Shown here: in pieces, positions 40,325-51,046 of the stretch
Numbering within the stretch: the first letter of the stretch is position 1
How the letters are laid out: every line of letters begins with the position of its first letter
Source of the DNA: Dehalococcoidia bacterium
Lineage (GTDB): Bacteria; Chloroflexota; Dehalococcoidia; Lucifugimonadales; UBA3495
Assembly: GCA_965261885.1 (NCBI GenBank)
Contig: CBDHDY010000034.1
Span: forward strand, 19,474-83,473
Reading direction: 5' to 3'
DNA: 64,000 nt
The notes under the pieces: model-generated
The model's input: only the letters and a program-made list of their open reading frames with translations
Database searches by the model: none
What the model was told of the DNA's origin: nothing
Position numbers and translations under genes: made by a program

Positions 40325-42574
40325 TTACTCACTCTCGTCCCCGTTCTCGCCCAGGAGTTCGGTTATGGTGGTCGGGGACTCGAAGTACAGTGCAATTATC
40401 TCCAATGCCTGATCACGGGTGAGGTCGCCGTTGAAGAAGTCAGCCACGGCTGCGATGACTTCGTCACGAGAAATCAGGCCGTCCTCGTCCGTGTCATACA
40501 TCGCGGCGATCTCCGACAACTCCATACTGATAACCGTGATGGTAACGGTGATCGTGTCGTCTATTTCAACGAGTCTGCCACCCCCAGCGTTCTTGTTGTC
40601 GGTCACCGAGACAGTAACCGAGTAGCTGAACTTGGTCTCTGCGTCCAGGGCGGCCTTGGTTTTCAGCTGCCCGGTCATCGCGTCGATATCGAATGACTCC
40701 GCGTCGTCTCCCCCGAGGGTGTAGGTCAGCGTGTCGCCGTCGGGGTCGCTGGCCGCCACGGGCCTGCCGACATTGGCGCCCGACTCAGCACTTTGCACCA
40801 CCGAGCGGTTTGTAGTCTCCCCGTCGGAAAATTCGGCTGGACGGTTTGGCGTCCCGTAATCGTCTGTAGTGGTTCTGCTAACCGTGGGCGGCGGCGGTTC
40901 ATCGCCGGTTGTAGTCCTGCTGACCGTGCGCCGTGGTGGTGGCGGCCGTGTTACTGTGATGATGATTGAGATAGTGTCATCGATTGATACCGAGGGCCGG
41001 TAGGTCGCATCGAACCCGTCATGGACGGACACCGAGAGTGTGTAGGTGTTCTGCTCCCGGTAGTCGAGGGCGTCTTTTGTGCGAAGCTGGCCGGTTGCAG
41101 TGTCGATGGCAAATTTGTTGGCGTCCCTGCCCCGTAGCATGTAGGTCAGTACATCGCCATTGTCGTCGGAGGCGCGTACACGGGCGCCAATACCGCGGCC
41201 CGCTGTTGTTCCCGAGGTGATTGTACGCGTATCAGTGGACTCAGCGAACTCGGGCTGGGTGTTGCCCTCCGGCCTGGTATCGCCGATGCGCGACCTGAGG
41301 GAGGCTGCAACTATTTTCTCCGTTATGTTCGTCGGGTCCATCGGGTCTGAGCTGCGATTGTCCCGGTAGGTGGCGGTTACCCTCAGGGTCCTTCCCACGT
41401 CTTCCGCGACTGCGGTGTAGCCGCTGGACGTCGCGCCTTCGATGGGTTCGTTGGATGACCTCGCCCATTGCCACGAGAGGTTTGTTATGGGTGTATCACC
41501 GTCTTCTAGGGTGGCGGTGAACCTGGTCTGAAATGCCGGCAGTGTCTCATCAGTGTCCATAGTATCCGGGTCGTCCGATACGGCGTCAGCAAACCAGCCT
41601 TTGGTCGGCTGGAGGATGACCCCACCCCGTTCCTCCACGTCCGTAACGGTGACGGTCACGTTGAGCGATGCAGACAATGGGAACGGCTCGCCATCGTCGG
41701 TGGCGGTTACGGTCACCCGGTAGGTGTCGCCGTCCTCGAAGCTGGGGGGCTCGTTGAAGTACAGTTGGCCCCGATCGGTGATCACGAAGGCGCTGTTGTT
41801 GACTGACCAAGTGATGCTGTCGCCCTCCGGGTCACGGGCGGAGTAGGTAGCGACGGAGGACGTGCTGTTCTCGCGGAACTCGCGCTCTGCCTCTCCGGTG
41901 ATGGCGGGCGGCTCGTTGACGTCGATCAAAGTTACGGTGACGGTGATGGAGTCGTCGATGCGCAAGTTGTCCGGATCGTCAGGTTCGTCGTCATCGTTCT
42001 TGCCATCAGAGACCCGGACGGTGAAGCGGTAGCTGCGTTTTCGCTCGTAGTCCAGCGCTTCGTCCTGCTCCAACTCCAACCGCAGTTGCCCGTCGTTCGC
42101 TCCGATAGTGAAGTAGGCGGAGTCGGAGCCGCTCAGGGTGTAGGTGAGGGTGTCGTTGTTGAAGTCGGTGGCCTGTACCGGGCCCTGGATGAATGTGCCG
42201 GAGCCAGCGTCCTCCCGAATCTCGCGCTGACCGTCCTCCGAATCTGGGAACACCGGCGCGGCGTTGGTTGGCGGTGGGCCAGCTACGCGGGATGTCACAA
42301 TCTCGGCGGTCTTGCCGGAGCCTTCGCCGTCGGTATAGCTGGCCGTGGCCCGCAGGTAGTTGCCTTGGTCCTCCTCATCGGTGTCGCCGTCGTCCGTCGC
42401 CGAGGGGGTGTAGGTGGCGTTGGTTGCTCCGGTGATGTTCTCCCAGTCGGAACGGTTGGAGGAGTGTGCCCACTGCCAGTTGATGGAGCCGCTGTTGGGA
42501 ATGTCAGGGTCTGTGAGTTCGGCGGTAACTGGAACGGTGGCCTGCACTCGGTTCGTTGGAGTTGAGAGGGTCAC
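40325..42574 (-). CDS. Cadherin-like repeat surface protein with C-terminal EF-hand/dockerin-like motif; 5'-truncated
   Basis: Repeats of A.D.DGD.LTY.L.G.DA..F.ID..TGQL....LDYE....Y.V.V.V.D; C-terminal YDTDEDGLISRDEV..DFFNGDLTRDQ; no signal peptide. Confidence 0.85.
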   Translation of the reverse strand: MTLSTPTNRVQATVPVTAELTDPDIPNSGSINWQWAHSSNRSDWENITGATNATYTPSATDDGDTDEEDQGNYLRATASYTDGEGSGKTAEIVTSRVAGPPPTNAAPVFPDSEDGQREIREDAGSGTFIQGPVQATDFNNDTLTYTLSGSDSAYFTIGANDGQLRLELEQDEALDYERKRSYRFTVRVSDGKNDDDEPDDPDNLRIDDSITVTVTLIDVNEPPAITGEAEREFRENSTSSVATYSARDPEGDSITWSVNNSAFVITDRGQLYFNEPPSFEDGDTYRVTVTATDDGEPFPLSASLNVTVTVTDVEERGGVILQPTKGWFADAVSDDPDTMDTDETLPAFQTRFTATLEDGDTPITNLSWQWARSSNEPIEGATSSGYTAVAEDVGRTLRVTATYRDNRSSDPMDPTNITEKIVAASLRSRIGDTRPEGNTQPEFAESTDTRTITSGTTAGRGIGARVRASDDNGDVLTYMLRGRDANKFAIDTATGQLRTKDALDYREQNTYTLSVSVHDGFDATYRPSVSIDDTISIIITVTRPPPPRRTVSRTTTGDEPPPPTVSRTTTDDYGTPNRPAEFSDGETTNRSVVQSAESGANVGRPVAASDPDGDTLTYTLGGDDAESFDIDAMTGQLKTKAALDAETKFSYSVTVSVTDNKNAGGGRLVEIDDTITVTITVISMELSEIAAMYDTDEDGLISRDEVIAAVADFFNGDLTRDQALEIIALYFESPTTITELLGENGDESE

Positions 42575-42830
42575 CGCTCTACCATTGCCGTGTAGGCGTG
42601 TCGCCGGAGGGAGCCGCGGACTGTAGCCACTCTCCCCAACGGGATCGCCCCGATCGGGGCTTCACCAATGATGCCGTCGTAAGGCTCCCGGACCATGCTA
42701 CGGGTCGGGCAATACGCACCAGAGTCTGCTCGGTCTTTGTCCGGACGACACGCCTCGCCATGAGCATACGTCCTTGGGCCGACTCACCAGTTAGTCGCCT
42801 CTGCACAGGCCGGACAAGGCCATAATATTG

Positions 42831-43978
42831 CTACGGGCTGGCCAAGGAGGGCGCGCGACACCACGGCTATACCGGCAAGAGCGGGGCTATCACCCGCTCC
42901 TGGCCGTGGCTGCCGGCACCGGAGACGTGTTGATGGCCCGGCTGCGCGAGGGCCGCGCCAACACTGTTCGGGGTGCCGCCCACTTCCTGCGCGAGACGGT
43001 GGGGCGGGTGCGCTACGCCGGGGCCCGGGGACAACTCACGGTGCGGGCCGACAGCGGCTTCTATGCCCACGCCATCGTCGCCGTCTGCCGCAAGATGGAT
43101 GTCCGCTACTCCATCACCATCCGCCAGCACAAAAGCCTGCGCAATCTCATCGAGGCCATACCCGAGACGGATTGGACGCCCATCCCATACTGGATGGACG
43201 GCGCCGCCGATGTGGCCGAGACCACCTACACTCCCTTTGAGAGTGAGGCCGGCGCCGCGCCGGTGCGGCTCATCGTCCGGCGGGTGAAGCCCACGCCCGG
43301 TTCCCAGCTGGCCTTGTTCGCCAGCTACAGCTATCACGGCTTCATCACCGACCGGGACGGAGAGACGCTGGAACTGGAGGCCGACCATCGCCGCCACGCC
43401 GAGGTCGAGAATGCCATCCGAGACCTCAAGTACGGCGTGGGACTCAATCATCTCCCCTCGGGCCGCTTCGCCGCCAACGGTGCCCGGCTGGCGATACAGG
43501 TGATGGCCCACAACCTGGCCCGTTGGGCAGCACGCATCGGTCTGGGCGAGCAACTGGTGACCACCAAGACCCTGCGGCGGCGCTTCTTCTCCCTAGCCGG
43601 ACGGCTCACCCGCAAGGCGCGCAGACTCACTTTGCATCTTCCCCGGGGCTGGCCCTGGGCTGAGCAGACCACTCTCGCCCTGGCCCGGCTGCGAGCCATT
43701 CCACTCCCCGCCTGACGGCCGGCCTGCAACCGGCCCACCCAGCGGACAACCGAAGGTCCCAGCAAACTCGCGCCAGCCCGGTCTGCGAGTGCCTCTTGCT
43801 GCGTCCTCTCCCCGCTATCTCGCCCTGACCGACATCCGCAGACGGTCACAAAGTCTCCCCGCGGCAACTGAAGACAGACACCGGCCCCCTCTACCCCAAA
43901 TCGTGCCCGGACCATCGCCCTCCCTTGCCCCTATCGCCCGTTCCGCTGCTGCATAGTCATCCCTTCGGTGGATTTGGG
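42831..43978 (+). mobile_element. IS1380-family element remnant (5'-truncated, frameshifted transposase ending 43715, plus right end)
   Basis: YGLAKEGA..HGYTG / RGYHPLLA, VRADSGFY, HAEVENAIRDLK, PSGRFAAN; terminal ggtggatttggg. Confidence 0.85.
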
Positions 43979-44021
43979 TTAAGACGCATCTTCCTATCGG
44001 GGTCGGGGAGCAGCCTACCGG

Positions 44022-44357
44022 ATGGAGGGCGAGCTAGACCGGGCTTTGGCAGACTATGACGAAGCGGTGCGCCTAGACCCAGGGGATTTCTACGCCAGCC
44101 GGTTCCGGGGAGACACCCATCTCGCCAAGGGAGAATATGAATTGGCGGTGGCTGACTGCGAGGCCGACCTAACCATCAGCGGACCGGATGGGGCCGCCTA
44201 TTTCTGCGTGGGCCAAGCCCGTCTTTTCAGTGGGAACTTTGAACAGGCCGTCAGGCACTACGACGCTGCGGTCCAGTGTAATCCCGACAGCGGGTGGCCT
44301 ACTATGGCCGGGCTCTGGCAAAGGAACTGGCCGGTGATGCCGAAGCGGCGGAGCTAG
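44022..44357 (+). pseudogene. TPR protein fragment
   Basis: ALADYDEAVRLDP..Y..RG, AVRHYDAAVQCNP; begins right after the IS end. Confidence 0.65.
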
Positions 44358-44642
44358 ATTGCCGTCGTGCCAAGGAACCGGGGTATGACGACCCAAGCTG
44401 ATGTCGCGGAGTCATCTGGATCAGGACATTAGCCTGATGTATTTTTACAGCACGGGAGGAAACCAAACTTTCGGCCCCAAGGACGTCCGTTGCACTACGT
44501 TTCTACGAGCTGGGGCGCCTTCAATTTGTGAACCAGGACGGCCCACCATCGCTGAATTCGACAACTCCGTGGTGAACTGCGTTTTCGATAGTGTCCTGGC
44601 CAATGATCCCGGAAACTAATCGGCGGCAGCGGCGTCATCCTG

Positions 44643-45210
44643 TTATGCCCAATCACCAACCGCATCGTGGTCATCGCTACTCTCGTCAAACTCGTCGACT
44701 TCCTGTGCCATTCCAGCGGAATCGAGAGCGCGCCGGAAAATCTCCCGGCCGGCTGGGGCCGGCTTTCCCATCGCCTTCCCAATCAATTCCAGCATCGCTT
44801 CCCATCGTTCCACAAAGCAGTCGGCGAACCGGTCTGCGTCCAACAGGTCAGGAGACATCCAGTGGGAATGCAGGACACTATGCAGGTCGTCCTCGCTGAT
44901 GTCATTCTCCAGGCGGCGGAGATAGGCCGACGGAGCGTTCCCGCCGATCTTCCTGTTCGTGGCCGCGTCGATGGGAGTCTTGTTGATGATTGAGTTGTAC
45001 AGCCGGGGAGGCACGGGCGGGTTCGCCTTGCTGCACCAGGCAACCGGGAAGATGTGGTGGATGTCGATGTCCTTCTGATGCCACGTGGCAAATGCCAATT
45101 GTTCCCCCGTGCGCCAGTCCGATGCTCCGCTCTTCATCTGCAACGCGTAGAGGCCCTTGTAGGCTGCACTGTTGCGGGTGCGCAGTGAAAGCAGCCGTTC
45201 AGGAATGAAG
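44643..45210 (-). pseudogene. C-terminal fragment of GmrSD-like (DUF262/DUF1524) modification-dependent nuclease
   Basis: RTRNSAAYKG, DIHHIFP, NSIINKTPI...TNRKIGG.APS.YL; N-terminal DUF262 part absent. Confidence 0.7.
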
Positions 45211-45669
45211 TTAGCCTCACCAACCAGTACCAGCTGCGTGAAACGCAGAATGTGGCAGCGCCTATTAGACTCGGCCCTTGACAAAAAGGCCTTTGGTGGA
45301 CACATAGGGCTCGGAACCGGACTACGCCGGGCACGGAACGTGGCGTGTTACGACTAGAACTGACGCATGTGTTTGCCTCACGCGCAAGTCCCGAAGGGCG
45401 GCCGTGGCTTCCTCGCTGTGCCGGGCTATCGCCTCGAGCCCAGGAACCGCATCCTCGGCCTCAATTGCTGCCAATTCCCTTGTGGATACATCTGGGTTGG
45501 CGATCAGGTTTGGCGGTGCTGCCATTTGCCAGCGGCACCATCTCATTGCGCCTCTGAAGCACTGTGACTGGCATTAAGGTTTTCAATTTTATTTAGCAAT
45601 TGACCTATTGCGCAACGCTCTCACTCAGAGGAAGTGGCCTCAATGGCGAACTGCAAGTTTAGAACCAAT

Positions 45670-46431
45670 TTATCCCCCTTCATAAGCCCGAAGGAGCCTT
45701 TGGTATGCGGCAGGAAAGCCATTAAGGTCGAAGCTTACTGTCATAACCGATCCATACTCAGGAAGTGTTTGCAGAACGAACTCAGGTGACCGAAGTAACT
45801 GCTCGACGATATCCGCTGCTCTTTCAGCTGGTGCGAAAAGAGATTTGCCAGTTGTAGTAACATCCCACACTCCGGACTGAATGTCGCTATCGCCGATCCT
45901 AAACTCTACAACGATATCTTCATCCAAAGTTAATTCATCTGGAAATCCAACCTGTATGCCGAACTGGCCGTGCTTAATCCTTACGAGAAGAATACCCGAA
46001 TTGTCTCGATCCATTGTTGATACATAGACCTCGCGTTCGCGAGACAGAGGATCCACAATTTCATCAATTCCCCACTCAGCATCAACAGGAATTATTCCGG
46101 AATCCGACAAAGAGGGAACCAAATCATTCCGACTACGATCGTATTCATCGCGTCTCTGCGGGTCAGACAGCACCTCGTAGGCGCGATTAAGTTCTCTCAT
46201 CAATTCAGGAGCTTCGGCAGAATTGTTCCTATCCGGGTGATATAGTAGCGAAAGCCTCCGGTAAGCCGCCTGGACTACATCCGCATGGGCGGATTCGTGA
46301 ACCTGGAGAATCTCATAGAGATCTCTACTAGGTCCAGACACAATTGGATCCTTCTTTTCCTCGTTTCCCCCTTTTTCTTCCCTAGTTGGTTCCTGCCTTT
46401 TCCCCAAAAGGGCTCTAACTAGATTTCTCAT
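45670..46431 (-). CDS. J-domain protein with uncharacterised C-terminal beta-rich domain
   Basis: DLYEILQV..AAYRRLSLLYHPDRN..LNRAYEVLSDP; ATG 46431 with AAGGAG RBS. Confidence 0.85.
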   Translation of the reverse strand: MRNLVRALLGKRQEPTREEKGGNEEKKDPIVSGPSRDLYEILQVHESAHADVVQAAYRRLSLLYHPDRNNSAEAPELMRELNRAYEVLSDPQRRDEYDRSRNDLVPSLSDSGIIPVDAEWGIDEIVDPLSREREVYVSTMDRDNSGILLVRIKHGQFGIQVGFPDELTLDEDIVVEFRIGDSDIQSGVWDVTTTGKSLFAPAERAADIVEQLLRSPEFVLQTLPEYGSVMTVSFDLNGFPAAYQRLLRAYEGG

Positions 46432-46656
46432 GATCTCCTTCCTTGCCAACGCCGGTAAAGGAAAAATACCCCCCCACCGATCGCTAGTAGAGCAAGCAGT
46501 ATATTCCCCTGCCCTGTCGCAACCAATGTTCCAGCAACGGCTATTCCGGCTGCAGCAATCTTTAGCCTTTTGATCAACGACAATTAGTCTTGCCGGTTGG
46601 CGACGACTATTTTTGCCGATCCCCAAGAGTAATCATCCGGTACAGGAGGTGCCGGA

Positions 46657-48137
46657 TTGGTTACAGATCAGCAAGTCGCAACACTGAGGCAGAGACGAAT
46701 GGAAGGAAAGACGCAACAGACGGCGGCGGCAATGGCGGGGATGAGCGAGCGCTCGGCCCGCAAGTGGCAGTGCGGCCCGTTGCCGTCGGAGACCAAGACT
46801 GAGCGTCAGTGGCGCACCCGTCCCGATCCCTTCGACGGAGTCTGGGAGAAGGAGATCCTGCCCCTGCTCCGGGGCGAGGCCGCCGGCAGGCTCAGGGCAA
46901 CGACAATTATCGAGTGGCTGGAGGAGCGGCATCCCGGCCGGTTCAGCGCCTCGCAGCTGCGCACCCTGCAACGACGATTACAAGACTGGCGAGCGCTCAA
47001 CGGCCCGGACCAAGAGGTCTACTTCCCCCAGGAGCATCCCCGGGCCGCGAGGCCCAGATCGACTTCACCCACTGCAACTCCCTGGGAGTGACCGTCGGCG
47101 GTCGGGCCTATCGCCACCGGCTGTTCCAGTTGGTGCTGAGCCATTCAGGGTGGCGCTATGCCGAGGTGGCCACCGGGGAGACCTTCCTGGCCCTGAAGCA
47201 GGGGCTACAGAACGCCCTGTGGGAGCTGGGCGGTGCGCCTCGGGTGATCCGCTCGGACAACACCTCGGCCGCCACCCACGAGATGAGGCGCAGCCGCGGC
47301 AGGGCCCTGAACGGCAGCTACGCCGAGCTTCTGGACCACTATGGGCTCGAGTCCACCCTGATAAATGCAGGAGAGTCCCATGAGAACGGCGTTGCCGAGC
47401 AGGCCCACTACCGGCTCAAGGACGCCATCGACCAAGCCCTCATGCTGCGGGGCAGCCGCGACTTCAACTCCCTTGAGGAATACGCCGGCTTCGTCCGCAA
47501 GGTGGTGGCTCGGCGCAACCGGCTGGTGATGGGGAAGCTGGAGGAAGAGCGCCCACATCTGCGTCCCCTGCCCCCAGCCCCGGTGCCGGAGTACGTCAAC
47601 CACCGGGCCCGGGTGCGCAAGTGGAGCACCATCCAGGCAGCCGGACGGACCTACACCGTGCCCTCCCGGCTCATCGGGAAGGAGGTGCAGATCCGGCTGT
47701 ACGCCGAACACTTGGAAGTGTACTACAAGGGCACCTTCGTGGATCGAATGGAGCGGGTGCGGGGCGAGAAAGAGGCCCGGGTTGACTACCGCCACGTCAT
47801 CGGCTCCCTGGTGCGCAAGCCCGGGGCCTTCGCCCGCTACCGGTTCCGGGAGCAGATGTTTCCCACCATGACCTTTCGCCTGGCCTACGATGCGCTCCGG
47901 GAATGGCGTGGGGAGCGGGCCGACGTGGAGTACGTGCGCATCCTGCACCTGGCGGCGACGACCATGGAGACCATGGTGGACAGCGCCCTGGCCCTGCTCT
48001 TGGAGGCGGGCGGACCCTTCGACTACGCCGCAGTCAGGGAGCTGGCCAGTCCCGCGCCGCTGCAGGCGCCGGCACTCAGCCTGCCCGGGACGCCGGACCT
48101 GAGGGTCTACGACTCCCTGCTGGCGGAGGTGGCCTGA
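46657..48137 (+). pseudogene. istA: IS21 transposase IstA, one-base frameshift near 47040
   Basis: N-terminal HTH in 46657 frame; PGREAQIDFT, RSDN, HENG.AEQ in the other frame; break in C-run at gagcatccccgggc. Confidence 0.85.
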
Positions 48138-48943
48138 TGCTGGACACCCTGACTACTGACACCCTGATGACGGACACAGTGGCCATACAGGAGCGGATCG
48201 GGGAGCTGTGCCACCAGTTCCGGCTGCCCACCATGGGTGCGCAGTCGGTGTCCCGCTTCACTGCAGCCGGCCACGGCGACGCCCTGGAGACTCTCCTGGA
48301 AGTACTGGAGCAGGAGGCCGAGGACCGCAGGCAGCGGCGCATCAGCAGGCTGCGCACCGCGTCCAGGCTGCCGGCGGGCAAGACCTGGGAAACCTTCGAG
48401 CACGACCGGGTGCCTCTGTCTCTCAGACAGCAACTGGGGGAACTGGCCGACGGCAGCTTCGTCGACCGCGGCGTCAACGTCCTGGCCTTCGGTCTTCCCG
48501 GCACCGGGAAAACACACGCCCTGTGCGCCTTGGGCCACCGGCTGGTGGAGTCGGGCCGCTCGGTGCTCTTCGCCCCGGCCTACCGGCTGGTGCAGGATCT
48601 GCTGGCAGCCAAGCGAGACCTGGCCCTGCCGCGACAACTACGGAAGCTCGACAGCTACGACTTCCTGCTGCTGGACGACCTGGGCTACCTGCCCCTGGGG
48701 GCCGAGGAGTCGGAGCTGCTCTTCACCCTCATCGCAGAACGCTACGAGCGCCGGTCCCTGGGCATCACCTCCAACCTGGTCTTCTCCCAGTGGGAGCACA
48801 TCTTCGCCAACCCAATGGCCACCGCGGCCGCCATCGACCGGGTGGTCCATCACTCGGTCATCCTGGAATTCAACGTCCCCAGCTACCGGACCGGAGTGGC
48901 CCAGCAGCGGGGGCAGGATAAGGAGGTGAACCGGCAAGAATAA
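48137..48943 (+). CDS. istB: IS21 helper ATPase IstB
   Basis: GLPGTGKTH, LLLDDLGY, ITSNL, AAIDRVVHH, SYR. Confidence 0.93.
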   Translation: MLDTLTTDTLMTDTVAIQERIGELCHQFRLPTMGAQSVSRFTAAGHGDALETLLEVLEQEAEDRRQRRISRLRTASRLPAGKTWETFEHDRVPLSLRQQLGELADGSFVDRGVNVLAFGLPGTGKTHALCALGHRLVESGRSVLFAPAYRLVQDLLAAKRDLALPRQLRKLDSYDFLLLDDLGYLPLGAEESELLFTLIAERYERRSLGITSNLVFSQWEHIFANPMATAAAIDRVVHHSVILEFNVPSYRTGVAQQRGQDKEVNRQE

Positions 48944-50405
48944 TCGACGCCAACCGGCAAAAGTAGTTGACGTTAAACACCTTTTGCCGATACCGTCCCT
49001 ACGTAGGAATTTTCCTATGGGTTTCGATGCCTTAGTGGCAGGGGTTCCACCGGTTACCCAGCTCCAGTCTTGCCCTTCAGCACCGTGCTGGCCTGGTCTA
49101 TTCCCCTGATGAGACCCTGACTCACCGCCGGCGGTACTGCCTGTGGACCCGTATCGGCCTCCTTGATTTGACCAATAGTATTGACGAGCCTTGGGTTCGC
49201 CAGGTGTGGTGTAACCAGACCCGCTTCCCTCGCCGTCCGTCGGTTGATCATGTGGCTGGTACTCTGTCCTACTCTGCGATCCGGCAGAGTTGTGACTGTT
49301 AGCGTGGGAACGTTGCCCACCTGCGGCACCCGTCTTCAGGATTTTTTCGATGTCTTGCCACCCTACGACCAAGCCAGCGGGGTTCTGAAAATCCACCGTA
49401 CTGTAACCGTACCCGAAACACCAGGTCTCCTGGTTGGCGCTTTTTATGTCTATGCGGCTGGGCGTGCCCTGTAGCCTGATGATGTCGTCCTTATGTGACC
49501 CCAGACCAAATTTGGGTGATGCCGTTACTTTCTTGCCGTATGCCATTCTTATTCTGAGGTTCCTGGCGAGGTCCGCCCATCTCCTCACAGTTCCCGTCGA
49601 CAGCGAAAATTCTACAGTGCTTCTCCCGTAGTACCAGGTTTCCTTGTTCTGTCTATGGTTGACATTTACTCTTTCCGCTTGCCCCTGTACCGCTATGACT
49701 TCCTGCCTAGTCGCTCCCAGCCCGAAGAATCCTTTTCGGTGATCCTGATCTCCTGCTGGTCTTGGTCCGTTGCGGCTGTACGTAGTTCCTGATTTCCCAT
49801 CATAGCTGGTTTGCCTTTGGTCACGGCTTTGGCTTGCTCTGCCCTCGCCATATGACTGTGAACCGCTCCAATATCCACTGCCCGTCTGACCTGCCTGACG
49901 ATTGGCTCGGGCGCTACCAGAAGCTTGATCTCCACTGCCATACCTGGTTCCCGTCTGGCGGGCGGCTTGGCTTGTTCTTTGGTCGTCAGACGATTGTGGC
50001 CCTCTTCTATCCTTGTCGTATTCTGCTCGTTTGAGGGGGTCCTTTAGTGTTTCGTAAGCCACATTTATCCTGGCCATCATTTCGGTGGCTTTCGGGGAGT
50101 TGTTCCGGTCGGGATGGTAGAGTAGCGCCAGTCTTCGGTACGCCGCAGCAATAACAGTAGGATCAGCTTTCGGTGATACTTCGAGTGTCTCGTAATAGTC
50201 CTGGTCGGTCACAGCGAATGCTCCTAGTAGTCCGAAATCTTTGTAATGATGAGTTAATTGGTATTGGGGCTCTGCCCTGACAGACTGGGCCCATGCAGAC
50301 AATTGCCGAGCAACCTGGCATTCCACCCGTCATAACAAGGATGTTGGCCTACTAGGCTTCCAACCTAATGGTGCCTCACTGGCTTCTGCGGCAGCACAGC
50401 CTCAG

Positions 50406-50882
50406 ATGACTTCAGATGTTCCTTCCCCCATAGCTGTGGCGGAACTGGCCCCAGACGGAGTGGAACGTCAAGAATTGAAGACCGTATTTCTTGGTTTGCC
50501 CACTACAGCTCATGATGCATTCGACACGTTCGCGGTCAGGCACGATGAAGTAAGGCAAGTTAGGGCATACACTGAAGGAACAGACGATGATCCTAGCCCT
50601 GACGAGGTGACGGAACGTAGGTATGTTCAACCGAGAGACTTTCACCTCTACGAATTTAAGAATAACCCCGGTCAGGTGTATGTCACAACCCAGGAACCCG
50701 TGGTGCGGCGCATGTATCGGAGAGCTCGAGAAACTCATGACGACTTAGGGTTGGCTTTGAATCTACGGAGCACCAAGTTAGGAGAATTAGAGAGCGCTCT
50801 TAACAACGCAGAGATTATCGGCTACAAGTTAGTTGATGTCTTGTCCAATACTCCAATTGCTACTTATGATGTGCTAGGCTAG
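50406..50882 (+). CDS. Hypothetical protein, possibly truncated
   Basis: Protein-like AT-richer ORF ending in tandem TAG; no recognised motif. Confidence 0.45.
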   Translation: MTSDVPSPIAVAELAPDGVERQELKTVFLGLPTTAHDAFDTFAVRHDEVRQVRAYTEGTDDDPSPDEVTERRYVQPRDFHLYEFKNNPGQVYVTTQEPVVRRMYRRARETHDDLGLALNLRSTKLGELESALNNAEIIGYKLVDVLSNTPIATYDVLG

Positions 50883-51046
50883 TAGACCAACATCCTTGAA
50901 ATGACGGGTGAAACGCCGGATTGTTTGGCCATCGATTCCGTGAGCCAGGTTTGTCCGGGCAACGGCCCCGTACCAATCTACCCATCATTACAATGATTTC
51001 GGACTACTAGTGCCCATGAATCGCTTGGGCCAAGTTAACTGTCTAG

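Larger units (their letters stand above)
46571..48979 (+). mobile_element. IS21-family insertion sequence
   Basis: TG...CA ends with about 50-bp imperfect IRs containing repeated ttgccg units; CCTTT target duplication at 46566-46570 and 48980-48984. Confidence 0.92.
46428..50212 (-). pseudogene. J-domain protein with two SmpA/BLIP-like repeats and C-terminal TM hairpin, interrupted by IS21
   Basis: GTG 50212 with AGGAG; DYYETLEV..YHPDRN; removing the IS restores GIGKR|LKIAAAGIAVAGTLVATGQGNILLALLAIGGGVFFLYRRWQGRRS-stop. Confidence 0.85.

Noticed and set aside
46432-46626. Cys-rich N-terminal extension of the 318-aa J-domain ORF
   Set aside because: It derives from the IS end and the upstream gene's other frame; the RBS and ATGA overlap place the start at 46431.
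48638-48979. C-terminal part of the 562-aa ORF as real protein sequence
   Set aside because: It is read-through into the antisense strand of IS21; the true C-terminus lies at 46428-46570.
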